Source: Minutocellus sp. GHC0000111 (lineage: Eukaryota). From it: 64,000 nt of DNA. The position numbers and the translations under genes are program-made. Positions 21,576 through 34,627 of the stretch are shown piece by piece; the first letter of the stretch is position 1; each line of letters starts with the position of its first letter. The stretch is from contig OZ361258.1 of the NCBI GenBank assembly GCA_977018835.1, positions 1,674,001 to 1,738,000 of the forward strand, given 5' to 3'. Under the pieces are notes generated by a model that searched no databases, was not told where the DNA came from, and worked only from the letters and a program-made list of their open reading frames with translations.

Positions 21576-22895
21576 ATGAAATTCTTTGGCGCCGCTGCCG
21601 CCTCACTCGGCCTTCAAATTCTCGCCGCCGTAACACCCCAAACTTCCGCCGCGACCCCACCCCGTTCGCACGAGCTGGATGCCACGTACGCGTTCGATCA
21701 GTTCGTGCTGGACTTTGACAAGCACTATGACACACTCGAAGAACGTGCCAAGAGGGAAAGCATCTTCAATGCCAACCTGAAAATGATTTTGAATCACAAC
21801 GAGCGCTACTATTCGCACAAGGACCAGAATTATTTGAAGAAGGGCGAAGGTGCCATCGGTAGCGGCAAGCAGAATAACAAGCCAACGCATACGTTGGGCA
21901 TCAATCACTTTGCCGATCTGGAGCAGCACGAGATTCACAAGGGCTACCACAAGCATTCTCACGGAGCTTACCGTTCGCCAGTTGAGTCTGCGACGAACTC
22001 CGCCGTGGCTCGGACCCTCACGGCAACGAGTAAGAACCACCAGATGGACCTGCCCTTCCAGTTGGATGACGTCGATTCGTTGCCCTATCAGGTCGATTGG
22101 AGGAAGGAGGGCGTCGTGACCCCCGTGAAAGATCAGGGCATGTGCGGCTCGTGCTGGGCCTTTGCCTCGGCCGCCATACTGGAATCGCACATTGCCATGC
22201 GCACGGGCACTCTGTTCGATCTCAGTCCCCAGGAACTGGTCGGCTGCGTCCCCAACCCCCATGCCTGTGGCGGTACCGGCGGATGCGCCGGAGCGACGGC
22301 GGAATTGGCCTTCCACTACGTAGCTGGATCGAAGCATGGCATTGTTCAAGAATATCAGAATGGCTACTCTTCCTACTACGGCGAAGATGGTGATTGTAAA
22401 GATCCCAAGAGTCCTGTGGCCACCATCGATGGATATGCCGTTTGCCCTACCAACGACTACAAATGCTTGATGAATGCTGTTGCAAAGGTGGGGCCAGTCG
22501 GTGTGGCCGTTGCGGCATCGACATGGGGTTTCTACGAAGGAGGGGTCTTCTCGACCGACCTGTCCAAGGGTGGGACAGAGACCGACCTCAACCACGCAGT
22601 CGTTTTGGTCGGATATGGCGTCGATGAGCACACGTAGGAGCCCTACTGGTTGGTAAGGAATTCCTGGAGGCCAACGTGGGGCGAAAATGGATACATTCGT
22701 TTGAAGCGGGTCGATCCCAGCACTCTCGATGATCCAAATGAAGACTGTGGCGTCGACGAGACGCCCATGGACGGGATGGCATGCGACACCGACGAGGATG
22801 GCAACAAGGTTGAGCCCAAGCCAGTCAAGATTTGCGGCACGAGTGGTGTATTGTTTGATGCCGTCATGCCTGTTGGCGGACAGCGCACGAGCTAG
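21576..22895 (+). pseudogene. Papain-family (C1A) cathepsin L-like protease with an in-frame TAG at 22635-22637
   Basis: Signal peptide, I29 ERFNIN-like prodomain, QGMCGSCWAF and LNHAV. The frame continues past TAG as [21 protein letters not shown]. Confidence 0.88.
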
Positions 22896-23712
22896 CTAGG
22901 CAAGCCTGTGAGAGATACTAGACTAGTACTTTTATTGAGATAATTTAATAATGCAATTTAAAATTGGACTCTAGTATATTTTTAACAGCACCCATTCTTT
23001 GGCGCCCAAGCCGATCGCAAATCGGATGACATCGAGCACGATTCATATCACTTCCATTCGTTTCCTCACATTACACCATCAAAATTCCTTTACGAAAGTG
23101 ATGTGGTCCCGAGCTTTACCGAGGCAGACTACGATGCCGTCGATGTAGCTTCGGAGAGATTCATTTGGGATACATTCCCTCAGAAAATTTCAGCAGTGAC
23201 CGGGCGGAGAGTAGTAACAACTTATTGAATTAATTTATAATCGATAAACTCGGTTCCGTACGTTTGACAAGGTCCTAAAAGGCAGCGACGCCCGAGGAGT
23301 GGACACTCGCTTCACATACAAAGACGTATCAAATATTGTTGGTGTTTTAAGTTTTCGGAAACAAATAATAAAATTTGCTGGCAACTCTTATGGCAGAGTG
23401 CAAGAGGTACATTCCAAGAGTACCTGAAAATCCTTTCACAAACGCCATATGGGACGAGAAAACAAAGGGGATCCCCTCGTTTTGGTTCTTGGTAGATAGT
23501 ATAAAGTTATGGTGACGTTGACATAGTATCCATCGTAGTTATCTTCTCGCTTGTCGGGAAGCCGAGAAGTGCCGCCTGCCGTTCTCTCGACGTCCGGGCG
23601 AGGGGGTAGAAAGTTTGGAAGAATTTGAAGAGTCGTTTTGAATTGTGCTCGGAGTAAGATTTTGAGGTAAGCCTGATCGCGCACCAATGTTTTGGCTTGC
23701 ATGTTGATCGAT

Positions 23713-25419
23713 CTAATCTGTGAATGGTTTCGAAGCAATATTACGATGTTCTTGTGTGGCCGACCATTCCAACTCGCACGGCCAAGGACTTGTCGGTGCG
23801 TCGATGAGAGGCGGCGTTGCGTCAGGGTAGCCCTCCAACTTGAAGCTACTGTCGATCGATGACATAACGGCCTTGTTGAAGGGATTAGGGTCGGGCACGT
23901 AGGATTTCCACCAGTACTCCTCAATTGTCATATCGGAAAGGCGGGTGCCGTCGAGAGCCGTGAGGCTCGACAACAGTTCCACCTTCCCTGTACGCATATT
24001 GCGACGGAGACCCACGAGCCTTGCGACGCCGTTTCCAGAAAGATCAGGCATGAATGTCATCCTCTGATAGGGCCCGACGATGCCAAACTCCATCCCGGCC
24101 AAGTCTCCGTTGTCGTAGCCATCGAACACCCAAGGGGACCCGCCCTTACCGCACTGGAGACCTGATGGACTGGCATTCATGGCGTCTACGAGCGTCTCCC
24201 AAGGTATAATCTTGCTGTTGCGGTAGAGGCCAACAAGGAATACCTTTTCGGAGACGGTGCTGTCTCCAAAACTTATGGAGCTGTAGCGGAACATTCCCAG
24301 AGGAGTCCCACCGTCACCAATCTCGGCAATTGCCCAAGATTGCACGACTGTCTGATCAGCGGCCGATGCAATCGAATCGAGGGGCAGGTACGCCATGGGA
24401 GTGCATAGAAGGGCGGCAACGATGACGTCGGTGGGTTGTTTACCGAGCCTCTCCCCGCTCTCTCCCCACCGCTACAACTCGATTGTCTCAATGAAGAACT
24501 GCAAGATTGGAGCCCGCTTCTCCCACTGCTTGTGCGAAACATTGTACGTTTCGATGGAGACAGTCTTGTACTCGCCAGTAAAGGGGAAGTCGTACACGCG
24601 CACGACGCTCGCGGTGTCGTGGGATGAAAGGCCGGTGGCGTAGAGCCTGCCCTTGAAGAATTGTATGTCGGTGACAGAGTGAGATTCTACTGGATTGTCG
24701 GCCTTGTTGAACCAGAGATCGTCCTTTGACGGGCAATCGTTGATGGCTGCTGTAGTGTACGACATGTCGGAGAGGGAAAGGATTTCATACGATCCGCCTC
24801 CAAGTTCCAGATTGGATTCGTCAACCCTGAACATTGCGATGATGGGCTCCTGCGATTCCTCCTCCGATGAGCCAAACGACAGCGCCACAAAAGCCTCATA
24901 CGTTCCAGGACGAACTCTCAAGTCTTCGATGTTCACATTATCCTGAAGACCCAGTTTCGCCTGCAGGTCAAGGATGTTGAGCCCGTAGGGCGACTCGTCC
25001 AAAGACGGGTCATAAGGAGCAGGGGGCTGAGTGATTGTAGGATTGTGGATGGTGGATGGTGAGAAGATAAAATCGTGATGAGACATTTTCAGATCTCGAC
25101 CATTCTCCTTTTCTGATCAATCATCCTCAATGAATTCATAGGCATGTTTACTTACAAGTTCGAAAGCAAAGATCTTCTCCTGCTTCCAGTCTGCAACGAA
25201 TAGAGTGCCGGAAGTATCGTCGAACTGGATCCGGCTTACTGACTTCAACAAGGCACCAGACCTAGTAGTACTCGAGCTGGACGGCTCGGGCTGAGCAGCA
25301 GCGGCATTATTGTTGCCATTGCTATTCTTACTCTTCTCGGCACCATACAGAGCAGCAAACACAATCGTCGTGATTGTAAAGAAGACGGCAAGCAAGGCGA
25401 GGACTTTGGACGATAACAT
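23713..25419 (-). pseudogene. Membrane-anchored beta-propeller-like protein resembling an uncharacterised bacterial family; intron 25027-25155; in-frame TAG at 24472-24474
   Basis: N-terminal TM segment, then LKSVSRIQF..GTLFVAD, VTDIQFFKGRLYATGLS, SIETYNVSHKQWEKRAPI, AALLCTPM and AIAEIGDGGTPLGM. ORFs 24472-25086 and 23713-24396 share one frame across the TAG. Confidence 0.7.
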
Positions 25420-26341
25420 GGTTGGTGTGGGAGCAGGGGATTTTATGATTTGAACTGATTCACTTCTCTGTGCGATGATAAAGGTATGCTCTCACGTCTG
25501 CGTTGTGCGATCGCATTTAACGCAGACGGCGTTAATTGAAGTCGTATTTGGTTCTTTAGCGTGGCACAGATGTTGCGAGAGGAAATATCTCGGGGGCGAA
25601 AATTACTAGTACATGTATTATTGAAAGTGTCTCGACATTTTTATGATTTTGTGTGTGCCCGCCAAACATACTACGTAGTATCTTATCTCTGCTGCATTGC
25701 GCGATGGCGGCGATGCTGCCGTTTTGCATCAGCAACAGCGCAACAGCATGTTCCCACTCTTTGACTCTGCGGGCCGGTGTTGTGCGAAGAAGAAGACAGG
25801 CCCTTTCAGGCATCCCCCTTAAGTAACGTTCCCGGGTTGAAGGGTCGACGAGGGACAGAAAGTCACTCTCATGTATTTCTTCACTTTGACATGAAATCAT
25901 CCGGCCGACACGCGCCATTCTATCGGCCCAGGACGACGTTCGTCGCCGGCCCTCGAGCATTTATTTTCCCAGCCCCCGCTCAGACAACGCTCAGAGGCCG
26001 GCACCTCGGTTGCGATCATCCGACCTGGTGCTAACGACTTTGCCTACATGTACTCTTTGCATCCATCTGTCCTACCTAGCTACCGCGCGGAAGCAATACC
26101 AACACCAAGTCAGGAAAGAGGCTGATTCGTACCAGACATCCCACACACCGTAGCACAAATTGTGCAAGGAAGCGGGTCACCTTTCTCGCATACGCATAGC
26201 CCGGCCGGATATACATACTGCGCTGGCCAAGTAGCCCGGTTTGTTCAAGCTCTTCGTCCGGGCCCTCTTCCTTTACGGCGGGCCGACACATTGAAATACA
26301 ACTGAAATAGAGAGAGAAAGACAGAGAGAAAGAAGGAGAAG

Positions 26342-29300
26342 ATGCAGGACCCTCTGACCCCTGGGACTACCACCCGCCCGTCGTTCGACGACAGCGACGG
26401 AGGATTGATGAGCCACGACACGTCGGCGACCGACCGCGTCCTTCGCGGGGGCAGGCCGTCCGGCTGTGTTAACAACAGCGGCGGCGGTGGCGAAAGTAAG
26501 CGACGGCCTCTGCAGCAGCCTCCGCCGGGCAAAGGTGGTGCTAACAGCAACGCTGGTACGGGCAATACCAACCCCCCCAACAAGCGGTCGTCGTCGGACG
26601 CCAGCCACCTCACGTCCAGCACCAAGAGCAACACTTTCAGCCAGTCGTCGGGCGGGAGCAGCGGGAACAATGACAATGTCGGGCGGGCCCAGCAGTCGCA
26701 GCAGTCGCAGCAGCAGCAGCAGCAGCCTCATCAGTCCATGCGGATGCAGAGGTCGCGCTCTCGGCAACAGCAGAAGCCTCACGCACAGGCACAGGCAACC
26801 TCGGTGACGTCCAAGGGTCTCGGCAGCGCGGCTACCAGCAGCACCACGGGCCGCGGTGGTGGACCGCGGAAGAAGACCAACATGGCCACGTACCATCGGA
26901 GGGCGTCCAACGAACGTATTGGAGGAGGAGGTCCAGGGAGGGGACCGCCAGCGAACCGAGGTGGCGGTCGTGGTGGGAGGGGCCAGGGTGCCGGCGGCAG
27001 AGGTGCGTCGCAACAGCAACAGAGGAGGAGGCCGTCCTCCGGTCCGCCCTCCCGTCAGCCGTCCACGGCCGGTTCCAGGCGGGGCAGCAGCGGTGGCAAC
27101 ATCGACAACCATCCTCCCCCAACCCCGAACGAGGAGGCAGCCGCCGGCGGGGCCGCCATGGCCCACCTAACGGAGCTCGAGGACGACCTCCTCGCCAAGG
27201 AGAAGGAGCGGGAGCACCGGCAGAACGCCGCCGCCGCCGCGGTGGGCGCCGTCGGCGTCGTCGGGGCGTACCGCGTCCCCCCCAGCAGCGGACTGACGGC
27301 TCCGCCGGATGCCACCGCCGCCGGGGCGTCGTCGTCCATGTCCATGTCGTACTCCCGGCGGGCGTCGTCGAGCTTTTCTGCGTCCGACCAGCAGAACCGC
27401 CGCTCGTCGTCGGGACGGCGCCTATCCTCCCACCTGCAGGAGCAGGCTCCCCGGTCGGCTCATGCTCAGCAGAACCGCCGTGCGTCCAACGACACTACCG
27501 GTCAGCACAGTCATCAGAGCCACCAAAGTCACGATCCAGAGATGGCCACCATCTACACCGGCAGCAGCGGTGGACATCACAGCGGTGGTGACGGCGGTGG
27601 AGATCATGGATACAGCGACCACGCTGCCGGTACTGTTACAGCCGTGGCGGTGCCCGTCCATGATGATCACAACGACACCGCCAAACGAAAGGGTGCCGGA
27701 TCAGGAGATGACGGGGTGTGGTTGAGCGGCAAGAAGCTTCGGCTGCTCATCGTTGGCCTTGCCCTGCTCGTGATTGGACTTGGGGCCGGCGTGGGCATTG
27801 CCCTTGGCAAGAGTGGCGGTGGTGGTGACGACTCTTCCTCCATGTCGTCGTCCTCATCGAATGGCATGGGCATGGAAATGGATGGTGGGGGAGACGACCA
27901 TGGAGATCATGGAGATGACCACGGCCATGATGATGGTCATGGTCACGAAGATAGCGGTGGACACACCGGAGCGGGGGATCACATGGACCATTCCATGGGC
28001 CAGGTTGACACTACGTCCAAGCTTGTGGAGCTTGCCTCCATCGATGGCATGAAGCGGGAGGGAGAATTCGGCACAAGCATATCTCTAAGCGAGAGTGGTC
28101 AGAGGATAGCTGTGTCTTCTGGTGGTTACTGGCAGGGCCGCGAGGCTGGCGAGTTGTTCCCCCGCCGAGGCATCCTGCAGGTCTATTCCGACTCGGATGG
28201 TGATGGCAAGTGGGACCTGTTGGGTGACGAGATCAAAACCAGTGCACAAGACGACCGCAATGATGTTGCCGACGAGCGAAACATCCCTCTTCCCGTGCAG
28301 AGAAATATCTACGTGGTGGAGATGTCCCGCGATGGCCAGAGAGTCGCGGTTGGCAGCGCATTTCATGACGTGAACTACAACTCCAAGAACGTTGGCATGG
28401 TTGAGATCTATGCTCTCAATGAGAGGGCTGGACTCTGGGAACGGCTCGGACAACCCATCCTTGGGTCATCAGCGGGAGATTATTCCGGTGCTGCGGTATC
28501 GCTAAGCTACGATGGAAACATCGTAGCGATCGGAAGTCCTGGGCACGATGGCTCGGGTGGTCCCGACTGCGGTCAATTGCGCATGTACAGATACAATGAT
28601 TCGACAGACCGATGGTCGAAAATTGGATCCAACATCGACGGAGAAGGTTCCTACGACATGATCGGCGGATCCGTTTCTTTGTCGGCTGATGGTAGCATCG
28701 TAGCAGTTGCTGGCACATCCAAGGTAAGTCAGAGAAAATGAGTCATCTCAATCAAATCTACCGTGGCCAACATACACACTTCTCGCCCCAACTCACCATA
28801 TTTCTCTCTATCAAAATCTCTTTGGTTTAAATTTACACAGCACGGATCAAGAGACTCTGTCATTCTTCGAGTTTATGAGAACAAGAATGGCCAGTGGTCC
28901 CAACAGGGCACTGGTATTAAAGACCCACTCGCAAGCGGCCTTTTCGATATGGGTTGGTCAATTTCTTTGTCCGCTGGAGGCACCGTTTTGGTCTGTAGTA
29001 ACTATTACATTGGATCGGAAGGTCACATCGATAGTGCCAATGCCAACGATGGTCACACCCACGATGGTGATGCCGGCGATGAAGGACTGTACGTCCAAAG
29101 CTTCCACCTAATGAACGGAGAGTGGACAGCAATGGGTGGAAACATGCACTCGCATACCATGGGCCCGAGATCGGGATACGTGGTCTCGATATCCGACGAT
29201 GGCCGAACTATTGGTATGGGAGACCCTGGTCGTGCTGGTAACGGCAAGGCTTCGGGACATGCCCACGTTTACCGCTACCACGGCAGTATGTGGCACCACA

Positions 29301-29482
29301 GCCACGAAGATCACTGGATGATTGTGGAGGGTGACGTCTTGGGTATGGCTGCTGGTGATGCCTTTGGGCATACTGTCGCTCTATCTCGTAACTCGCGACG
29401 ATTTGCGGTTGGTGCGCCCTACAATCGCAACCAAGGCTTTGAGCATGGTCGAGTTCGGATATTTGATATTGTGGACATTTGA
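26342..29482 (+). CDS. Type II membrane protein with a disordered N-terminus, a His/Asp/Gly-rich stalk and FG-GAP-like beta-propeller repeats; intron 28724-28840
   Basis: TM segment LLIVGLALLVIGLGAGVGIAL. Repeats FGTSISLSESGQRIAV, SGAAVSLSYDGNIVAIGSP and FGHTVALSRNSRRFAVGAP. A GT-AG intron joins the two ORFs in frame. Confidence 0.8.
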
Positions 29483-29535
29483 GATTATAATTGTACACAA
29501 AAAAGATAAGATTATATAGATGAATGTGAATTTGT

Positions 29536-30477
29536 TTATCGCTTGCGTTGAAAGCCATTGAATTGAGCGCATCATATACCTTGGCAAGTAGGTTGAGTGA
29601 CGTCGGGCTGGAATTGGACTGCCCAGGCACCAATATCTTGTCCAAGCACGTTGACTACGTTGCCTTTTGAATCATAGACTTTATACACTTGTTTCAACCA
29701 ATAATCGGTTTGAACATTCACAGGAGCTAGCAGTCTCCCATTTTCTGGCTCCAGCAGCTCCCTAGCGAATGAAATTGCTTTGCGTTCATTGATTCCAAAA
29801 TTGAAGGTTATTGCGTCGAATCGGTGCGATCCTTGTGATCTCCATTCATCAATGTATCGTTCATCGTCCAATTCGTAAAATTGTACGCTCTCGGGACAGG
29901 AGGCAGAGGGATCGTCAATAACAAACCTTTCCCAAGCCTTACCCGACCAATCAACGGCATCAATCTCACGATATCCCATATCCCAAAGAACTTACGTCGA
30001 TACCCCAGCGCCAGCTCCCACATCCAACGCCCGTGGTTGTCGTTGCTGCGTTGCGCCTTCACCGGCTTTTTGTAGCTGCTGCTCCCGTAATTTTTCGAGA
30101 GGGTACTTGATATACTGCGAATCGATTGAATCATAAACCTCCTTTGGACTAATGTTGGTGTCGCGAGAAGCGATGATACTGTTTGTATATTCTTCTCTAC
30201 CAAATGCTCCGGTGCGAAATGCTTTGTCAGTTTCAGAATCAGCATGTGATATGGATGGCTGGAGCAAGAGAGATGCAGCCGTCACAAACGAGCCCATAAC
30301 GAGCCTTCGCCTTGGCAATTCCGCATTATGTGCCGATCTCTTCTCCGTACCCCAACCCCCGCGAGATTCGCCGCCGTCGGTGGAAAATGCGTCAACCAAC
30401 AGTGATGACGAATTGGGGCCCAGAGCAAAAATCAGTATCGGAAGAACCGACACACTTGACACCAGAGGCTGCCGCAT
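29536..30477 (-). pseudogene. Plastid-targeted class I SAM-dependent methyltransferase-like gene with two in-frame stops (TAA 29992-29994, TGA 29572-29574)
   Basis: Leader ending VDAF. Motif I ALDVGAGAGVST*VLWDMGYREIDAVD reads through in frame. C-terminus reads CQGI*CAQFNGFQRKR*. Confidence 0.75.
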
Positions 30478-30839
30478 GGTGATACTGATGGCTGAAATGT
30501 TTAAATATACCGTGTTAGTTGCATCGCTATCTCGGCGCATACCCTCTCGGCCTCGTGCGCACTGGTATCTGCCCCGCTTCTTCAACCAGTCAACCAGCCA
30601 CTGCCCTGCCTCACCGTACGTACGCAAGCCGTACCGGTACGAAAAGGCGCGATTCTTCGATTCAGTGAATGCTGTGCCTCTATCATGCTTGTTGCTTTTA
30701 TACCACTACAGGAAAGCTTACAATCTGATAATTACGGTATTAGCACCTTCATAATATGCTGCCAGCTATGATGGCACTGACTGATACTGGTAGAGTCTAG
30801 ATCTAAGTGTAGGAATCATGCATTCATTCCACCAAAGAA

Positions 30840-31709
30840 TCACAACACTCCCAAAGTCTTCAAGGCCTCGTTATGGAATGGCATGGGATCTTCCTCTCCA
30901 GCCTCCATCGCCTCCTTCGATATGTCGTAGAACCAGCCATTCCGCCACTCGAATTCCTTTACTCCGGTTGGAAAATCTGCGACACTTGCCGCATATGCGG
31001 CCAGACGATCCGCAGTACCAGGCTGCAGTGTGACACCAACTTTCTTAGACCCAGCCGCTACCATCTCATCAATGAGCCCGTTGCGCTGCTCGGCATATTT
31101 CTCGCTGTAAACCTCGCCAAAGTTCACGCCTCCGTTGAGCTGGCCGATGACATTGGTCGCGCAGATGAATATGTGCTTCTCCAACGCAACTGCCCTGAAT
31201 TCATCGCCGTGCTTCAAGTTGCATTTGAGGTTGCCGCGATTCAGTCTGGCGGCCAACTCCTCGGCCCACTTGCCATCGGTGGCGGTCAGGCCCTCGGGAT
31301 TGAGCGAGGTGATGCCATCGATCGGCGGTGCGCCCAGAGACGGCACGGCCAAATACAGCAGACACTGGGTGGTATCGGCCGGAAGGCCCTGCGCAGCGAT
31401 AAAGTCACCCAGCATTCCATTCTGGAGAAAGCAAAGATCACCTCGGCGATTTTCGGGTGTGGCTGCCACGACATCGGCAAGGACGTCGTTACGTGTGCAG
31501 ATATAAATGGGCCCCGAGGAGGGTTCTAACGGGATGGGCTCGCCTCGCTTCACAATCACGTCGGCATCGGTGCCGAGATCCTTCAGAAGAGATCCGATGC
31601 GACCGCCGCCGACGATTATCGACGGGGTGGTTCCAGGTGCTGCTGCTGCTGAGAATGCCTCTGCCACAGTGGCGGCGGCGACAAGAAGTAAAGCCAATGA
31701 AGTCAGCAT
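30840..31709 (-). CDS. Plastid-targeted Rossmann-fold (ketopantoate reductase-like) conserved algal/plant protein
   Basis: Leader ending AEAF. Motifs IIVGGGRIG, GPIYICTRND, DLCFLQNGML and KEFEWRNGWF. Confidence 0.8.
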   Translation of the reverse strand: MLTSLALLLVAAATVAEAFSAAAAPGTTPSIIVGGGRIGSLLKDLGTDADVIVKRGEPIPLEPSSGPIYICTRNDVLADVVAATPENRRGDLCFLQNGMLGDFIAAQGLPADTTQCLLYLAVPSLGAPPIDGITSLNPEGLTATDGKWAEELAARLNRGNLKCNLKHGDEFRAVALEKHIFICATNVIGQLNGGVNFGEVYSEKYAEQRNGLIDEMVAAGSKKVGVTLQPGTADRLAAYAASVADFPTGVKEFEWRNGWFYDISKEAMEAGEEDPMPFHNEALKTLGVL

Positions 31710-32013
31710 AATCACAAGTCCGTTGTAAAAATAAATGTGTACTAGCTAGTATTGAAACAAGGAGATACACTCTGCTGGCATCCACCTCCAGAAAATGAGG
31801 GAGAGCGGCGTGGTCGACTTGCGTACGAAGTGCCTCGCAAGCTTTCATTTAGCATGATGTTTTTTCGTTTCGGCGTTTTGACGTACGTATCTACTAACGC
31901 GTAGCAGACATTCAAAAAGTCATCCGATGACACTGGTGCAATGACTGGTACTAGTATGTAGGAATTATCAAGACTTTTAATGGTATGCCACCGGCCGGAG
32001 GTCTCATTACCCC

Positions 32014-34073
32014 ATGACGATGAATTCCGACCAGAGACGGCGGCAGCGCGCCAACAGGGCTCGCATGACGGCCATCAGCCTCGCTGGTCTGGGCATTGCG
32101 GCCAATCTGCTTCTTTCGGCTGAAGATGGTGGTTCCATTCTCAAGAACATTGCAAGTCGAAAGCTGGCACTCTCCGATAGCATTTCCGATGACTTCCTAG
32201 AGGATTTGGAAACGTCAATCAATGCGGCTGCTGGCGGCGAGGAGGACGAGGCCTTGATGACTAGCAAGTTCCACAAGGACCTTACGCGTCGACTGGAGGA
32301 GGATATGATGAATCAACAGACACTCTTTCGGCCACCCACGGAAGAAGAACATCGTGTGCTCTATGGCGACGATAAATCTGCTGCACCTGCATCGAACGAG
32401 GGTGGAACTAGTAGCAATAAGATGAACGAAATGCTCGATGGCTTATTCAAGACGGTTCGGGGCGGCGGCAATCATGACCAGAGTGGTAGCAAACACACGC
32501 ATCGAACTCTCGGTACCAGTGAACTCGAGTCTCTCCATCGAGCTCGTGAGCTGCGCGAGCATAGCATCGATCTGGGCGGTGGCGAATGTCAATGGACTCA
32601 GCCTACTCTCATTACGGAGACGGACGCCAATGATGTAGAGGCGACGTGGTTGGCAGCATACCCTGGCTCGGGAAAGAGGTTGACAGTAAAGCTTGTTGAG
32701 GCGCTGTCGGGAAATCAGGTGAGTTTTGGTCACATGTATTTACATATTACAAATCAGCAAAGAACAAGTATTTCATTCATCGCTGGAAAATTGAGACCTA
32801 CAAATTCCTAACGCAGATGCATCCTTCTCCTCTTATTCACTTATTTTTCCCCTTTGATTGGATCAGGCATGAAGCGGGTATGGTATACTGGCGAGCCGTT
32901 GCTAGGTGGCCCGGATGGGAACCAGCAGATTTACAATCCTCGATGCAAAAATGTCAAATATCCAAACTCAAGGCTTGAGTGTCATCCGGTGGCATTGGTT
33001 ACCTACGAGAAGCTGATTGATCCCGGCACCGGCCCAACGGAAATGGCGAAGATTGCTACAGCAATGCAAAACAAAAATGGCTTCAGTGTCATTGGTAGTG
33101 AGACTTGGCCCTGCATTTGGTCGGCCGTCATGGACGAGCACCCAAACGCCAAACGCAATGGAAAGGGTCCTAGCAATGGCGCCTACGCCATGAATTCCAC
33201 TCATCTTCAAATCATTATGAACGAAACCGAGTACATCATCGACAAGTACAGCGGTGCAGAATGGGCCGATGATGCCATTGCAACCGAGCTCGTTTCTGTT
33301 GTAACTGAATATCACAATACCAATGCCGCCGAGCTTGCTACCGTCATGGCACAAGAGCAGAACTGCGCCCCCAATCCATGTCTGAATGGTGGAACCTGTG
33401 AAGAGGGACAGTCGGTGTACTTCCCATACTACTCTCAAAAATGCATTTGTCCTGAAGGTGAGGAGTGTTTGCGACAATGCAACAATAAATGCTTTGAATC
33501 ATTTATTCGATGGTGCCTCAGCAACTTTCAAGGATCTATCTAACTTGGCCAACTATCTTCTTGTCTTTTCCTTCCTTCTCAACTTCAGGCTACTCTGGAC
33601 AATTCTGCGATGTTACCGTCGACAACTGCGTCGAAAATGCATGCCTCAATGGGGCAACTTGTATCAATGGATTTGACTCGTACACATGCAGCTGTACATC
33701 GGGTTGGACAGGGGCTCTCTGTCAGACCAGCGTCGATGACTGCAGCAATGATCCGTGTTTGAACGGGGCCACGTGTGTGGATGGGTAAGTTGCTTGCTAG
33801 CGGCTTTTGTTGACATTCACTTGGAAGTACTGTTTTGTCTCCACCTAACTGTTTGATGTTTCTTTTTCATCCTCCTTACAACATTACAGTCACAAATCCT
33901 ACACATGCAATTGCGCTCCTGGTTACAATGGAGCCAACTGTCAGATCAACATCAACGAATGTGAGAACAATCCATGCCTCAATGGCGGAACATGCACTGA
34001 CGGTGTCAATGGCTTCACGTGTGTTTGCGCAAGTGGATGGATTGGGCCAACATGTGAAACGGAGGACGTATAG
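32014..34073 (+). CDS. Sulfotransferase-like (WSCD-type) protein fused to four EGF repeats, possibly internally deleted
   Basis: PAPS-binding [12 protein letters not shown] and later VTYEKL. EGF repeats CxxNPCLNGxTC are joined by in-frame introns 33458-33588 and 33785-33889. The first intron (32719-32866) is out of phase. Confidence 0.7.
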
Positions 34074-34627
34074 TTTGATCTCGTCTAATCCAATGAATCT
34101 ACGAGAGTTTACCGTGATCTAGACCCGGCATGGGAGCTAGAAAGCTGTGCCAATTAGATGGTTTATACATAATAAACGTGTATTTTAGAGGGAAGATATC
34201 GTCATTTGCATTTTGGCAAGTTCCCTTCCTGCATTCCCATCCATGTCCCTAAAGGGGCATATGTCCAGAGACTTGCAAACTCTTTGGACATATGCCCTTT
34301 CGAGCCCCTCTCTTTCTTTATATCGTATGAAAGAATGTTGTTTGGAGGAGCAAAACGACGCCCTCCGGGAAGCATGAAGATGTCGAATCCGGAACCCCTC
34401 CTGTAGCAACGCTATAGAGGAATTGAGCCAAACCAACCATCATGCACGCTACTGGTATATCATAGGCAAGAGTAGATTGGGTAATTACTTGTTTATTAGG
34501 CGAACATAGGTCATTTTACATGTTTCTCCTCGGCACCCCCATGCTCAGTTTTACTCTCAATTTCGTCAAAGGATCGATTCCAGTGATCTGCTATCTCCCT
34601 TTCCTCAGCCAATCACAGTCGATCCTT

